Source of the DNA: Azolla caroliniana
Lineage: Eukaryota; Plantae; Polypodiophyta
DNA: 64,000 bases
NCBI GenBank assembly: GCA_043228905.1
Contig: JBHGNT010000004.1
Location: 20,460,001-20,524,000 of the forward strand
Direction of reading: 5' to 3'
Below the pieces are notes generated by a model, which saw only the letters and a list, made by a program, of their open reading frames with translations, had not been told where the DNA came from and made no database searches. Position 1 is the first letter of the stretch, and each line of letters opens with the position of its first letter. Shown here piece by piece: positions 24,535-37,600 of the stretch. A program made the translations under genes and the position numbers.

Positions 24535-27500
24535 TCGGATAATTTGTAGTTTGCCGAAAGTGTCGATCTGACCGGTTTCGCATATGACATGTTGAACCGC
24601 TGAAGCACCTTTGTCACGTACTTATCCTGTGACAGCCACAATTGCTTCATTGACCGATTCCGGATAATATGCATCCCCAACATCTGTCTTGCCGGACCCA
24701 AGTCTTTCATTGAGAAGGTCTGGTTTAGAGCCTTCTTCAGCATCCGTATTTTGGCTTGGTCCCGTCTGACGATCAACATGTCATCCACATACAGAAGGAG
24801 TATTAGGAAGTCGCCTCCTTCGAACTTCTTCACAAACACGTAGTGATCGGCCTGCGTCTTGTGGTACCCTTGATCGGTCATGAAGGAGTCGAACTTCCGG
24901 TACCATTGTCGGGGAGCCTACTTCAATCCGTACAGGCTCTTCTTCAACCGGCATACCAGGTGCTCCTTCCCTTTCTTCACGAATCCTTCCGGTTGTTGCA
25001 TGTAGATCTCCTCTTCGAGATCACCGTGAAGGAATGTCGTCTTCACATCCAGCTGCTCTACCTCGAGGTCCATGCTTGCCGCTATACTCAGCACCGTCCG
25101 GATGGAGGTCATCTTTACTACCGGGGCCAATATCTCGTTGAAGTCCACGCCCTTCTTCTGTTGGAACCCCTTTACCACGATCATGGCTTTGTATCTCGGG
25201 GGGTTGTCGGCATCTCCTGGTTTCAACTTGTATGCCCACGTATTTCGGAGTGCCCGCTTTCCTTTCGGCAACTCCACCAATTCATACGTATGGTTCTCAT
25301 GCAGGGAATCCATCTCATCTTGCATGGCACTTAACCATTTTTTGTTGTGGGTGTCATCCTTCGCTTCTTCGAAGCTTTCCGGTTCTCCCTCATCGGTCAG
25401 CAACACATGCTCTGAATCCGGAAATCTTCGGGGGGCCCTTCTCTCTCTGAGAGGATATCTCCGTCTTTGGCCTTCGGTAACTGGCTCCACTATTTGATCT
25501 TCATCCGAATCCAATTCGGGGTCTTGGCCGGTTCCAGTTTCCGCTTCCTCTACTTCTTCTTCTTCTGGTTCGGTATCCTCACCGTAACTAGCTAGTTCCT
25601 CGAGTGTTAACCGGTCTCTTGCTGGTTGGGTCTGCTCATCGTAGAATCGATCCTTACCAGTCGACTCAGAGTTCATTATCTTCTTCTCTGACTCCCAGTC
25701 GGTGAGCGTCTTGTCCTCCATGAAGATAATATCTTGACTCTGGAATACCTTCTTGTCGACCAGGTCCCACACTCGGTAGCCGAACTCATCGTCGCCGTAA
25801 CCGAGGAATATGCATGGCCAGGTCTTTGGATCCAACTTTCCTCTCCGGTCCTTAGCTACATGCACGTATGCAAGACACTCGAATACCTTTAGATGCCGGT
25901 AGGACACTTCCTTACCAGTCCAGACTCTTTGTGGCGTGTCTCCGTCCAAGGGTGTTGAGGGTGATCTGTTTATCACATACGTCGTTGTCGACAACGCCTC
26001 AGCCCAAAACGTCTTGGGTAGTTTTGCATGCGCTAGCATACTCCGGACCCTCTCCATTATGGTCTGGTTCATCCTCTTGGCCAACCCATTTAGTTCCAAC
26101 GTCTTTGGCACGGTAAATTCGAGTCGAATTCCCTTCGAGCGACAGTACTCCTCGAACTGCCCCCGGTATTCACCTCCGTTATCTGCTCGAACCACCTTCA
26201 GCTTCCGGCCGGTTTCTCTTTCCACTCTCGCGTGGAGCTCTTTGAAGATGGATAGCACCTGATCCTTCGTCTTCAACAGTGTCGCCGACAGCTTCCGGCT
26301 GTGGTCATCTATGAACGTCACGAAGTACTGTGATCATGCATGTGACTTCGTGTCCACTTGACACACATCAGTATGCGCCAACTCCAGTGGTGCATTACGT
26401 CTCATCGGTGGCCTCGATCAGAAGGAGGTCCGGTTTTGTTTACCAGCCAGACAGTCAGTGCACTTCTCCAAGTGCACGTTCTTCACTGGAATGAGGTTGT
26501 TGTCTGCAAGCCTCTTCATCCCCTTCTCGCTCATGTGACACAGCCTCTTGTGCCACAACTCACCGGCAGTGTCGGATGCCACATTCACTTCCTCCGGACA
26601 TAACCGGGCATTCATCAGGTACAATGTGTTTACCTTCCGGGCCCGAGCCACAATCAGGCTCCCTTTAGCTAAACTTCATAACACCGTTCCGGATGCTACC
26701 CCTGTAGCCTTGATCATCTAGCCGACCGGCTGATATTAGGTTCAGACGAACCTCCAGAACGTGTCGGACATCCTTCAACAGCAGCGTGCATCCAGTTGTT
26801 GTTGTTGTCAGCCACACATCTCCTATGCCGACAATTTGGCATGTACCTTCATTCCCCGTTCGGACACAGTCGTGATCACTAGCTAAGTAGGATGAGAAGC
26901 ATTTCCTGTCTGGGGTAAGGTGGAACGACGCTCCGGAGTCGACCACCCAGGTCATCTCGTCGCCAGCAAGGTTTATCTCACTCTCCTCGGTGATGAACAT
27001 CAACTCTTCTTCACTTACAGCGATTGTCGTCGTTCCCTTCCGTTCCCTTCCCCTCCGGTCTTTACCGTTCCAGTCCGGTGTCTGCTTCGAATCGGTACCT
27101 TCGGTTTCCTTGTCTTTCCGAAAATGCCGACAGTTCTTCTGGAAGTGTCCCGGCTTGCCACAATAGAAGCAAGTAGGCCTCCCCCTTGACTTTGATCGTG
27201 TCCCCGACTTTTCCCGATTCTGGGGACTATGGTTCCTGTGTCTTCCACATTCCGATTCGGTAAGGAGCGCTTTGGAGTCGGAGCTCGTATCCTTATCTTT
27301 CCGACGCGCCTCCTCATCTAGCAAGCTCGACTTCACTCTTGCTAGGGATAATCGTTTCCCTTCCGGCCTGGCGTTGCCCAAAGTGACAACCAACGTCTCC
27401 CAGCTATCTGGGAGGGAACCGAGCAAGAGTAGCGCTAGTACCTCATCGGCGAGAGGTACTTCCAATGATGTTGCCTGGTGGATTAGCCCCTGGAAGGCAT

Positions 27501-29988
27501 TCATATGCTCCGCCATGTTGGAGCCATCTTGGTACAGGAGTCTTACTAGCTTCCGTAATATCGAAACCTGATTAACAACATTTTTGTTTTGAAACATAAT
27601 GTCGATCTTCTCCCAGAGCTCATGAGCCTTGCTCTCTTCATTGAAGTTGTTGTATAGGCTCATGTCGATGAAGCACCGTATGTAGGCCGTTGTTTTCATG
27701 TGCATCACCTCCCATATCGTGGCGTCGATTTTGTCTGGTCTCTTGTCCCCGAACTGAACCGGCAACCAAAGATCTTTAACCACGAGCATGTCCCTCATCT
27801 TTGACTTCCACACCGAATAGTTGGAGCCGGTGAGCTTCAACATACCTCCCAACGAATCGTCCATTTTCTGTGTCGTTTCGCTCTGATACCACTTTGACAG
27901 GAACTACACGCTCCCTATGCGCAACACTCGGCCACAACCGAGCTTAGAATCATACACAAAAAAACGGGGAATGAAAGGCACGACACAGTGAAGAGAAGAG
28001 TACACAGGATGTTTACGTGGAAAACCCAAACTAGGGAAAAACCACAACAGCCCACAGGCTGCAAACTATCACTATGTCAGAATGTACAAATGGTAAAGCA
28101 CCGAATCAACAACCTCGAGCTTTCTATCTTCGCCACAGGCGGCGGTTACAACAGAGGCAACGACCTCTTCCTCTCTCTCTCTCTCTCTATACACAGTTGC
28201 GCGCTCTAATCTTGCGCCAACAAGAATGACAACAACATTACTCCAAACATAAAGTTTTCCCTAAGTCATCTTTATACTAATATGACTTTTCGGCTATTTA
28301 CAAATATAGCCCCGATGGACTCTCAAGAACATATTTACGAATATGTCCCTTCATCCAGTGAGCACTCCTCATCGGGCCTGCATCATCTGGTGTCATCCGG
28401 TTCTCACCGGGTCTCCACCATCCAGCTCTTGCCGGGTACTCGTCATCCGGTTCTCACCGGGCCTTCACCATCCGGCTCTTGTCGGGAACTCGTCATCCGG
28501 TTCTCACCGGACCGGGTCTTCCGTAGCCGCGTACTCCACATTCGGTTTCGGCCTCCGCCTATCGGCCTCGGCCGAGTTTGCTCATCAGTACTGTTATTCT
28601 CATTTTCCATCCGGAGGGACCTGTTTCCTAACAGTTGCGACAATCTCTCGGATCTGCGAGGGATGACTGGACTAGTCACATCGGGTATAGGTGTCGGATG
28701 GTCGGAAGCCGAGCCACTCGGTTGTGCTGAATCGGTGGATTCAGTGCGGGAGGTGTCGGTTAACCGGGAAACCGATCTCGTGTTGTGGGTTGGGCCTTCA
28801 TGAAGGGTTGGCACTTTGGAGAATATTACCCTTCGGACTTCAATAGGCCTTTCAGCCGTTTTATGCATAGCTGACTCGTTGAACACGACGTCTGAACTTT
28901 AGACGATTTTTCTGTGCTCGGGGTCCCAGAGTCAATATTCGATCTCGCCGTTGGGTCCATATCCAAGGAAAACACATTTCCTTGATCTTGGTTAGAGTTT
29001 TCGGCGGTCGTCTTTCGGTATGAGGGCATACGCCTCACAACCGAAGATCCTCAGCTTGTCATAATTCGGCTTACTGCGGGTCCATGTTTCCTGAGGTATT
29101 TGAAGTCCTAGAGGTCTACTTGGCGACATATTGATTATGTGTACTGCCGTAAGTAGAGCCTCAGCCCAGAAGCCATCCGACAGTCCGGAGTGTTGGAGCA
29201 TGGATACTATGCGTTCTTGAATCGTCCGATTCTTGAATCATCTGATTCAATTCCGTTCTGCTCCGGGCTATAGGGTGCTGTATATTCACGTCGAATGCCA
29301 CATTCCCGGCAAAATTTGACGAATTCTTCAGACTTGAATTCTCCTCTGTTGTCGGTTCGGAGACATTTCAGTTTCCGACCGGTCTGATTTTCAACCATTG
29401 CAAGCCATTCGGAGAAGATCGAGAACACCAAATCTTTGGTTCTGATGAGGTAAGCCCACACCTTCCGAGTCGAGTCGTCAATAAAACTAATGAAATACGA
29501 AGCACCGCCGAGAGATTGATGTGGCATCGGACCATAGATGTCCGAGTGGACCAAATCGAGGGGACTCGATTCTCTTGGTGCTGATGTCGGGTGTGATGCG
29601 GCTACTTGTTTGTCGTACTAGCAATGCTCACAAAATTGGTGATCCGAGAAGGAGAGTTTGGGGATATAACCGGCTCTAGATAGGTGCGTTATGTCGGCCT
29701 TGCTGAGGTGTCCAAGTTGTCCGTGCCATAACGATTGCACGGGGATATCAACCAAAAATAAGTCACCCTCTTTGAGTGTGACATATAAAGGGTACAAAGA
29801 GTGTACCTTTGGTCCTCGAGCAAGCAGGAGGTTCCCTTTGTGGAGTGTCCACCCTCCTGATGAGAACCTGACACGGATGCCGGCTTCATCAAGTTGTCCG
29901 ACTGAGATCAAGGGTCTTGAAAGCTCAAGAACGTGTTGGACGTTGTGTAGTACGAGTGTAGAGCCACCCGGAAGGTTGAGCTCTACGG

Positions 29989-30506
29989 TGTCGCGTTGTT
30001 ATGCGAGTGCGTGTAGAAGGGGCGGGACCACGAGGGTCTTGGACTAGGGAGTAGAGGAGAAAGAATAATATATGTTTTGGAAGCTTAGTTCAAGAGGAGA
30101 AGAAGAAAGAATAAGATCATGACATAGAAGGAGAGATCGACCAATGTAAGATGCTCAACAAGTTATATTAAAACAAACGAATGATTACAACCATGGTGGC
30201 CGCATGGGCCGCACCAAACGACTATGAGAAAACCCTAACCGAGGATGAATAACGAAACCCTAACCCCAAAACGGTAAGAACTCTAGACTAAGTGGTATAC
30301 CTTTCATACGCAAAATAGGCAACCCCTTCATAAGTGACCCCTCCCTTCCTTTTATAGCCCAAGGAGGGAGGGACCTTACAATGTGGGATAAAATTTCCCC
30401 TCTTATTTCTATACACCATTTCCTAGTATACGTGTGCACATGTTGCACACCACCGACTTGCCCTTTCCACCCCGGTTTCCGCCTATGGACAAAAATCTTC
30501 ACGACA
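29989..30506 (-). mobile_element. Solo LTR of the G2 family in Copia A
   Basis: Both ends are reverse complements of G2 LTR ends (tgtcgcgttgtt...ggac; ...cttcacgaca). Perfect 4-bp TSD ACGG. No internal region. Confidence 0.92.
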
Positions 30507-33244
30507 ACGGTGCCGATTCCGATTTTGGCATAGTGTTGTGAGTTCCTGACTCGAGCTGTGTCGGAGTGCCGGTCCGAGTATTGCCGAAACTAAGATCGGT
30601 GAGGTGTCACATGATACGATGTGCCCGAGTCCAAGAGCCATGTGCTCGATTCCTCGGTCGTAAGCAGAACTTCTGATTCGACTAGGTTCTCTATGGACAA
30701 TATGTTTGGGTCGGTCGTCAAAATTTCAGCTGAAGAGCTGATGTAGTTGATCTCCTCATGCTGGCTACTATTCTTATCCACTCTCTGAGCTTTGTCGGTT
30801 TTTGCTTTGAGTGCCCGGTAGTCGGCTTTGATGTGTCTCGGTTTCTTGTAGTAGTTGTAGATTCGGTTGTCCCGGGACTTGCTCCAGCTTCGCTGATTGT
30901 TCAGCAATCGAGAAGAACTTCTTCCCCGGTTGTTCAATCGGTCGGTTGAACCTTGTACTACGTAAGCTTCATCTGTCGAGTCTTTGGCGAAAGACTTTCT
31001 CCAAGCTGCTTTAGTTAGGATTGCGCTCGTGACTTCAGAGTACTTAACGACAGTTGTTGAAGCATTGCACACGGTTGTAACAAAAGTTTCCCATGAAGAG
31101 GGGAGACTACTCATGAGTATCATTGCTCTGAGTTCATCCTCAATTGTCGTCCCCTGAGACGAGATTTGGGAGCTTATGCTTTCGTACTCGTTGAGGTGTG
31201 CCTGAACCGAATCGGATTCTTTCATCCGCAAGTTGTGGAGGCGCTAGATCAGATACATCTTTGTTGCAACGACCTTCTTTTCATAGGTTTCCGATAGTGT
31301 TTTCCAAAGTTCAAAAGCTATCGTGCATGATTGCATTGTGAAGTACACTAACTCCGACAAGTGCATCCGAATTGTGGCGCGGACGATTCTGTCCAGCTTT
31401 AGCCACTCGTTTGCCTTGTATGCTTCTGGAGGATTTTCATTCTCAATCGGGTCTATCTGACCCTTGATTATGAGATAGTCCTGCATTTGTTCCTTCCAAA
31501 AGTTGAAGTTTGAACCATCGAACCTCCTTAGACTCATCTCCGATGAGCCGGATGTTGATGCTTGCTTCGGTTTCGGTTGGTAAGACTTGGTTCGGAGTTG
31601 ACTATGAACCTTAGTGGGGTGCAACCGGTCGGCTCACCCGATATCGTTCTAGTTGGTTTTGAACCCGAGTCGGTTTGGTTTCAGATACTTGTTGCTGAAC
31701 TTGCTCGTAGTGACTCCGGTAACTTGAGGGACAGAACCGGCTGGTCTTCTCGAATGTTGCCGAGTCAGAGTGAGCCCGGTTAATACCAATTACAAGAAAC
31801 CGATTGTTTGGGCCGATTCTGCTTCGGATGACCGCAACGATGAGAGGGACGGATCCAACTGATCCTCCCGAATGTCGATCAGCCGAGTGAAACACGAATT
31901 TGGTTATTGCCAGGAGACCAATTTGCAACAGGTGGTTGCAACAATCGGGTGAATAGCGTCCGGTGACATATTCGTATGTCGTTTAACCGAATGAAGCACG
32001 ATTGGGTCGGGTGTTGCACAAGGAGCTCGCCTCAAGTGGTTACAATCACAGGAACAGAGTACAACCGGCTAGCTTACTCCAATTAGTGATTTAACATAGT
32101 GAGATGCAAGCTTCTTGTTTGTCTTCTCTCTTCTCTGTTCTTCAAGAAGTTACAAAAAAACAAAATGTTGTTGTGTACGATGACGACCAGCAACAGGTTG
32201 AAGAACCTCCAACGCTCTGATACCAAATGTTGGGAACAAGGTCGTCAGTGTGGAAGAACAAACAACATTTTTTGATATTGAAGAACCTATGTATGAGAAT
32301 GAACAAGATACATACATAGAGAGAGAGAGAGAGAGAGAGAGTAAGAGAGAGTAAGAGATAGGCACAAAGAAGACGTTTTATTTCTTAATAGCAACAGTTA
32401 CAAATGACAACAACAAAACCACTCACTAAAGGTTACAAAGTCACTTTATATAGTGACTATCTTAGGGCAACTGCCCTTTATGCTATTTACAGAAATAGCC
32501 CAAACTTGGGTTGTCCAAAAGGACAGTGTGAATACGGCCATTATACACTCGTATTCGACAATCCTGAAAGACCTTTAGGCAATGCGCTTTCCATACATAC
32601 CACAGGGCGAAGCTTGCGATCAACATCCAAATGTCCGAGAGCCTAGGGGATGCGGACTGCAAGCCTCTCTCAAATCGAATCTTGGTTATTTTGCCTCTTA
32701 TGCATACGTAGCCTCAACTATCCACATTGAGGGCGTCCATCCACCTATCAACGGAGTGATCAAGCCATGCCGCAACACTCCACGATGTTGTTCCTTCCAC
32801 TTCACATGCCGCAAGGAGGCGAGTCACTCTATCCCATACCTTCTGAGCTTGAGGGAAATCCCACAAACAATGCCTCAGAGTCTCAGCCTAACATGCCACC
32901 ACGTTTACCTAGCCATTCGCCAATGGGAACCACATTATGACCGATTTGCCACCAAAAAAACTTTATCTTTTCTGGATGTTGTGGGATTGCCCTCAAGCTC
33001 AGAAGGTATGGGATAGAGTGACTCGCCTCCTTGCAACATGTGAAGTGGAAGGAACAACATCGTGAAATGACCTGGTGTTGTCTGCTTTACTATCACTTAG
33101 ACATACCCATGTAAAGATCAATTGCGTCATATGGTTTCATGATCTGGCCTTTTTGAAAATAATTAATCATTAAGGTATTGGCATGGTGGTGAAGCTTGTA
33201 CTTCTATAAGCTCAATTAATGGGGTTGAGTTTGAGATAAGAGAC

Positions 33245-33380
33245 ATTAATAGCTTATTCCTAGGACATAATTCCACTTGCTCATTTTCCATTACCTACTA
33301 CTCAAAAACAATAGGAAAACTTAAAAGAATTGTGTAGAAAATGAACAAGTGGAACCATGTCGTAGGAGTAAACTATTAAT
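33245..33380. mobile_element. Small MITE-like foldback element
   Basis: ~45-bp imperfect inverted arms: attaatagcttattcctaggacataattccacttgctcattttc and gaaaatgaacaagtggaaccatgtcgtaggagtaaactattaat. Confidence 0.6.
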
Positions 33381-34100
33381 CTTTTGTAAATCCATTGTAA
33401 ATGAGTTATAATTCATGTAATATTGGGAAGGCCACTAGTAATAGTTAACAAGATATAATGCTCACAACAACATGATGCGGGACACTCACAAAAGAGAGAG
33501 GAAGCAAAAGACAAATCACAATTGAAACATCGAGTTACTTGTACTAAATAAATCAAGACCTATATTTGAAACTATGTACATTCAAGTCATTTTCACACAA
33601 AAGCACATTGGCTTTTCTCCATGTATCATTATTATTATTAACCTTTTCAAACAAATACTTTGAAGCCAAAATTTATAAACAATGTAGGATATCTTTAGTG
33701 AGGCAACACGAATAAATAAATAAGGAGAACCTTTTCTCATACATATATAGGCTATTGGAGCTGTCATGTGCCCCCCATTGTGTGTGAGATAGGTTATGGA
33801 ATTGACATGCGAATGTCATGAAAGGGAGTATTTTGATCCTTCACCCGAAGCCTTTACGAAAAGATTCGGATACTTGAATACGTAATTTGCTGCTTTCCAA
33901 AAACATAGGAAGAGGAAACGAGTGCATGATATTAAACTTATGAAGTGCATAGAACTAATTAGTGAGCGGATAGGGGGCAATTAGAATTTAAGATGTGAGT
34001 TCGGGAGCAAAATGTGATGGAGTAAAAAAAAAGAAACAAACTAAACACTTTGGACGGGCAAGCAAGCTTGCCGTTAGGGCTTCTTTTGCCGAAGGTTAGA

Positions 34101-34343
34101 GGCAATTAAGAAACTAATCATAAGTGATTAAGAATAACAAGAGTGAAACTGTGGGCAATAATGGACAGGCAAGCAAGCGTGGTCCTCCGTTAGGGCTGAA
34201 GGAAATTAAGAAACTAATCATAAGTGATTAAGACTAACAAGAGTGAAACTGTGGGCAATAATGGACAGGCAAGCAAGCGCGGTCCTCCGTTAGGGCTGAA
34301 GGCAATTAAGAAACTAATCATAAGTGATTAAGACTAACAAGAG
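34101..34343. repeat. 100-bp tandem repeat (~2.4 copies) in the CLPTM1 upstream region
   Basis: Units at 34101, 34201 and 34301 are nearly identical. Confidence 0.92.
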
Positions 34344-34601
34344 GGAAAATGAAGGACAAAACTGCATAATAAGAGATAAAGATAAATAAAATTACCAATG
34401 ATAATATTACTATATCAAAAAGCAAGGATAATGAATGGGTAGACTTTAGAGAATATTCTCAATTTCTTTACTTAGGTCTTCTTCTTCTTCTTCTTCTTCA
34501 CACAGAAACAGACACACAGAAACAGACAGACAGACAGATAGAGTGACAGTCACAGTCGCAGTCTCGCTCTGATCTGAGAGCTCTGATCTGAGATATCTGT
34601 G

Positions 34602-37600
34602 ATGGCAGCCCCCGGTGGAGGCGTTGTCAACGCCGCCCCTGCCGCCCCTGCCGCCCCTGCCGCCCCTGCCGCCCCTGCCGCCCCTGCTGCCAATGGATTC
34701 AAACAGGTCGCCTTCGGTATCCTTCGCATGGCCTTCTTCTGGTATGTCTCTACCCGCATGTTTGGGGCCAAGAAACCTCCGCCTCTTCCTTCCTCCTCGG
34801 GTCTTCTGGACGGCCCTCTCCACATCAATAACCTCCTCCCCAAGGGCGAGAATCTGGTTAGTGTACACACCTCCCGCACACTCACAGATGCACCCTCGGT
34901 CTTACGTTTTTTTTTTTTTTTTTTTTTTGCTTTGAACTTTAGAAAAGTTCATTTTCTCCAGAGAGATCAGTCCATGGTAACGGGTTTGGATAGAGAAATC
35001 CGCACAATATTTTACTAAATAATTAGGCCCCTGGATTTTTTGGTTTCTATCAAGAGATTGGATCATGGGACAGATCAGATTGACTCTTACCACCCGTAAA
35101 TCATTGTATGAGGATACATACCCTGTACCAGTCATATGTCAGTTTGGCTTTTGGATTTACCTCTGAAGAGATCTGTTCATGAACGGATTGGATTGATCCA
35201 TACCATACCATACCATACCATACCATATGAAGATAGAACCACCTGGATTTGGTTGCAAGAGAACGAGACAGGTTGGATAGATCCATATCACACAAGAGAA
35301 GGCTGTTGATTCCAGCTGCCAAAATATCTGTTTGTGGAATTGATTTGGACAGACGGATGCTTCAAAGAAAATTTCCATGGATTTAGCACCCAATTGATCT
35401 GTTTATAGAACAAGTTGGATAAACCTAAACCTTATGAGACAATGCCTTAGATCTTGGAAGGCATTGAGTTCGGCTCACAAGACATTGGTCATAGATATTG
35501 TTGGATACATCAATATTGTACAAGAAGGACCTAAATTGGGCTGGATAGACTTGTACCGTATGGTACAAGAAAAGACCATGGGTTGGGTCTCAAGAAATCA
35601 TCAGTTCATGGAATGAGACACGTAGGTTTTATATTGTGTAAAAGAAGGTCTCTGGATTTGTCTTTCAAGGGTTTGTTGAATGTATTGGAGAGACATTTAT
35701 TGTACTGGAAAAGTTCCTAAGTTGTGGAACAGGTAGAATCTAGTAAGCCTCTAAATTTGGCTCTCACGAGATAGGTTCATGGAGCAAGGCAGGTTTACCC
35801 TTAACAACAGAAAAATCCCTTTAATCAGATCTCAAAATATCTATCCACTAAACGAGTCAGATTTACCCGTACCATATGAGAGAAGTTCTCAGATTCAGTT
35901 CTCACGTGATGTTTGATAGAATGGTTGAGAGTGACCCATACTCTACAAAGGGCCCTAGATTCACATATCAAGTTATGTGGAATATCTTTACAGGATATGG
36001 TTGTACGGCTGCACCCCACTTTGTAGTCATACTTTATCCCTTTATTAGGCCTGTACAAGAGTTGGACATGGTCATATCCTTGAGGAGGTCACCATAAGAT
36101 CAGAGTGAGACATGGGACCTCGTGTCACTCCACCAACACGAGGAAGCTATTGATTGTTGATGGGTGTACTATGTCAGCACAACTCCCATGGCACCATCAA
36201 CCAATACAGGGCTCACCTTGTAGAAAAAGATGTGCGTGAGCATATGACATTGACTACAACGAGACATTTGCGCCAATAGAAAATATGACAACCGTGTGAA
36301 CGGTGCTTGTATTGGAAATGGCAAAAGGGTCGCACCTCAACAAATGGACATGGAGAATGCCTTCCTCCAAGGAGAGCTTGAGGAAGAAGTGTGCATGGTA
36401 TAAGGACCAGGATTTGAATTAGAATCCCATCCGTGAGTGATGTGTAGGCTCAAAAAACCTCTCTATCGACTCACCAAGCTTTGAGAGCGTGGCACTCAGA
36501 AATAACACAATACATGCATAGTATCGGATTCCGATGTCAAAATCTGATAACTCTTTGTATGTGTGAATGAATTCAATGCTACAATGTTTATTCTTTTGTA
36601 TGTTAATTATTTGATCATTGGAGAACATATGGGGGCCATATGGAAGGTGAAGTCTATCCTTGCCTCCAAGTTTGAGATGAAAAAGATGAAGGAGCTCCAT
36701 TATTTTATTGGCATTGAAATAATCTACACCTCATGAAGAATCCTCCTTTCACAACATCATTACAGCTTGGACTTATTGCACAAGTTTGAAATGAAAAGTT
36801 GCAAACCAATTACCACTTTGTTTGATTGCAACTTGAAACTATTATCTGAGTTGGGTCTCCATCTCAAATCTAAAACGATATTGCCAGATAATTGACTGGA
36901 ATCCTTATCTACCTCACCGTCACATGACCAAATCTAAGCCACTTTGCCAGCGTACTATTCAATTCATGTAGGCACTTGCGAGACATGTAATGCAATATGT
37001 GAGTAGAGTAACAAGTAGAGGAATCCGCCATGAAGGGGGAGTAGCAGTTTGATTGGAAGGCTACACAGATGTGGATTGGGTTGGGAGAAGAGTGGATAGC
37101 TGCTCCACATTGGGGCTTGTTTTCTCTTGGAAGCGGGACCATCTCTTGGAGCAGCAAGAAGAAGCCTATTGTGGCTCTCTCTAGCACAGAGGCAGAATAT
37201 TAGGGTGCAACGCAACAGTTGCATGCAAATCAGTGCAACAAAATTGGATCTTTCAAGGACTTTAGCATCCCTATTGAATGACTGAATCCAAATCCTTTGT
37301 GACAACATGAGCAACATCTAATTGGCGGAACCTGATAATTCATGCACAAACAAAGCACATCGAGGTGCATGAAAGATCAGGTATAAGAGTGGATCGCAGC
37401 CAGAGATGTCAATGTCCAATATATTCAAACTGAATTAGAGATGGTAGACATCTTTGCCAAGGCGCTTGGTATAGACAAGCTAGAGCAACTCTTGCTTACA
37501 CTTGGTTACCACCCTCTTGACTTGCCAAGCTTGAGGGGTATCAATGCAGGAAAATTGGAGATGCAGGAACAAACTTAGTGGAGATTGGACGTGTGGTCCA

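Larger units (their letters stand above)
16252..28633 (-). mobile_element. Copia B, Ty1/Copia (Tnt1/Tork-like), inserted in Copia A between INT and RT
   Basis: LTRs 16252-16985 and 27895-28633, perfect TSD GTTGC, PBS tRNA-iMet 27880-27891, PPT 16986-17000. Polyprotein starts at ATG 27864 (CFYCGKPGHFQKNC, VDSGASFH, INT, YVDDML, RH CDSQSAIHL) and carries a few stops. Confidence 0.96.
14122..32560 (-). mobile_element. Copia A, Ty1/Copia (Tnt1/Tork-like), decayed, host of nested insertions
   Basis: LTRs 14122-14429 and 32228-32560 (TG...CA), perfect TSD ATCCT, PBS TGGTATCAGAGC (tRNA-iMet, 32214-32225), PPT at 14430-14442. Domains: gag FDGSNFNFWK, PR WLLDSGTSYH, INT VHSDIYGP, RT DVKTAFLHG and YVDDML, RH SDSQG...KHI.VRYHF. 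Confidence 0.95.
13650..33064 (-). mobile_element. L1-type LINE 3' fragment (13650-14121 + 32566-33064) split by Copia A
   Basis: Rejoined minus strand reads ETLRHCLWDFPQAQKVW (zf-RVT-like) ... WMLIASFALWYVWKAHCLKVFQD|LVWPSEE...LRWNYQPP. An A-rich tail appears as a T-run at ~13651-13666. Confidence 0.75.

Noticed and set aside
34446-34885. Antisense ORFs with RGG or GAA repeats
   Set aside because: Mirror of the (GCCGCCCCT)n coding repeat in CLPTM1 exon 1.
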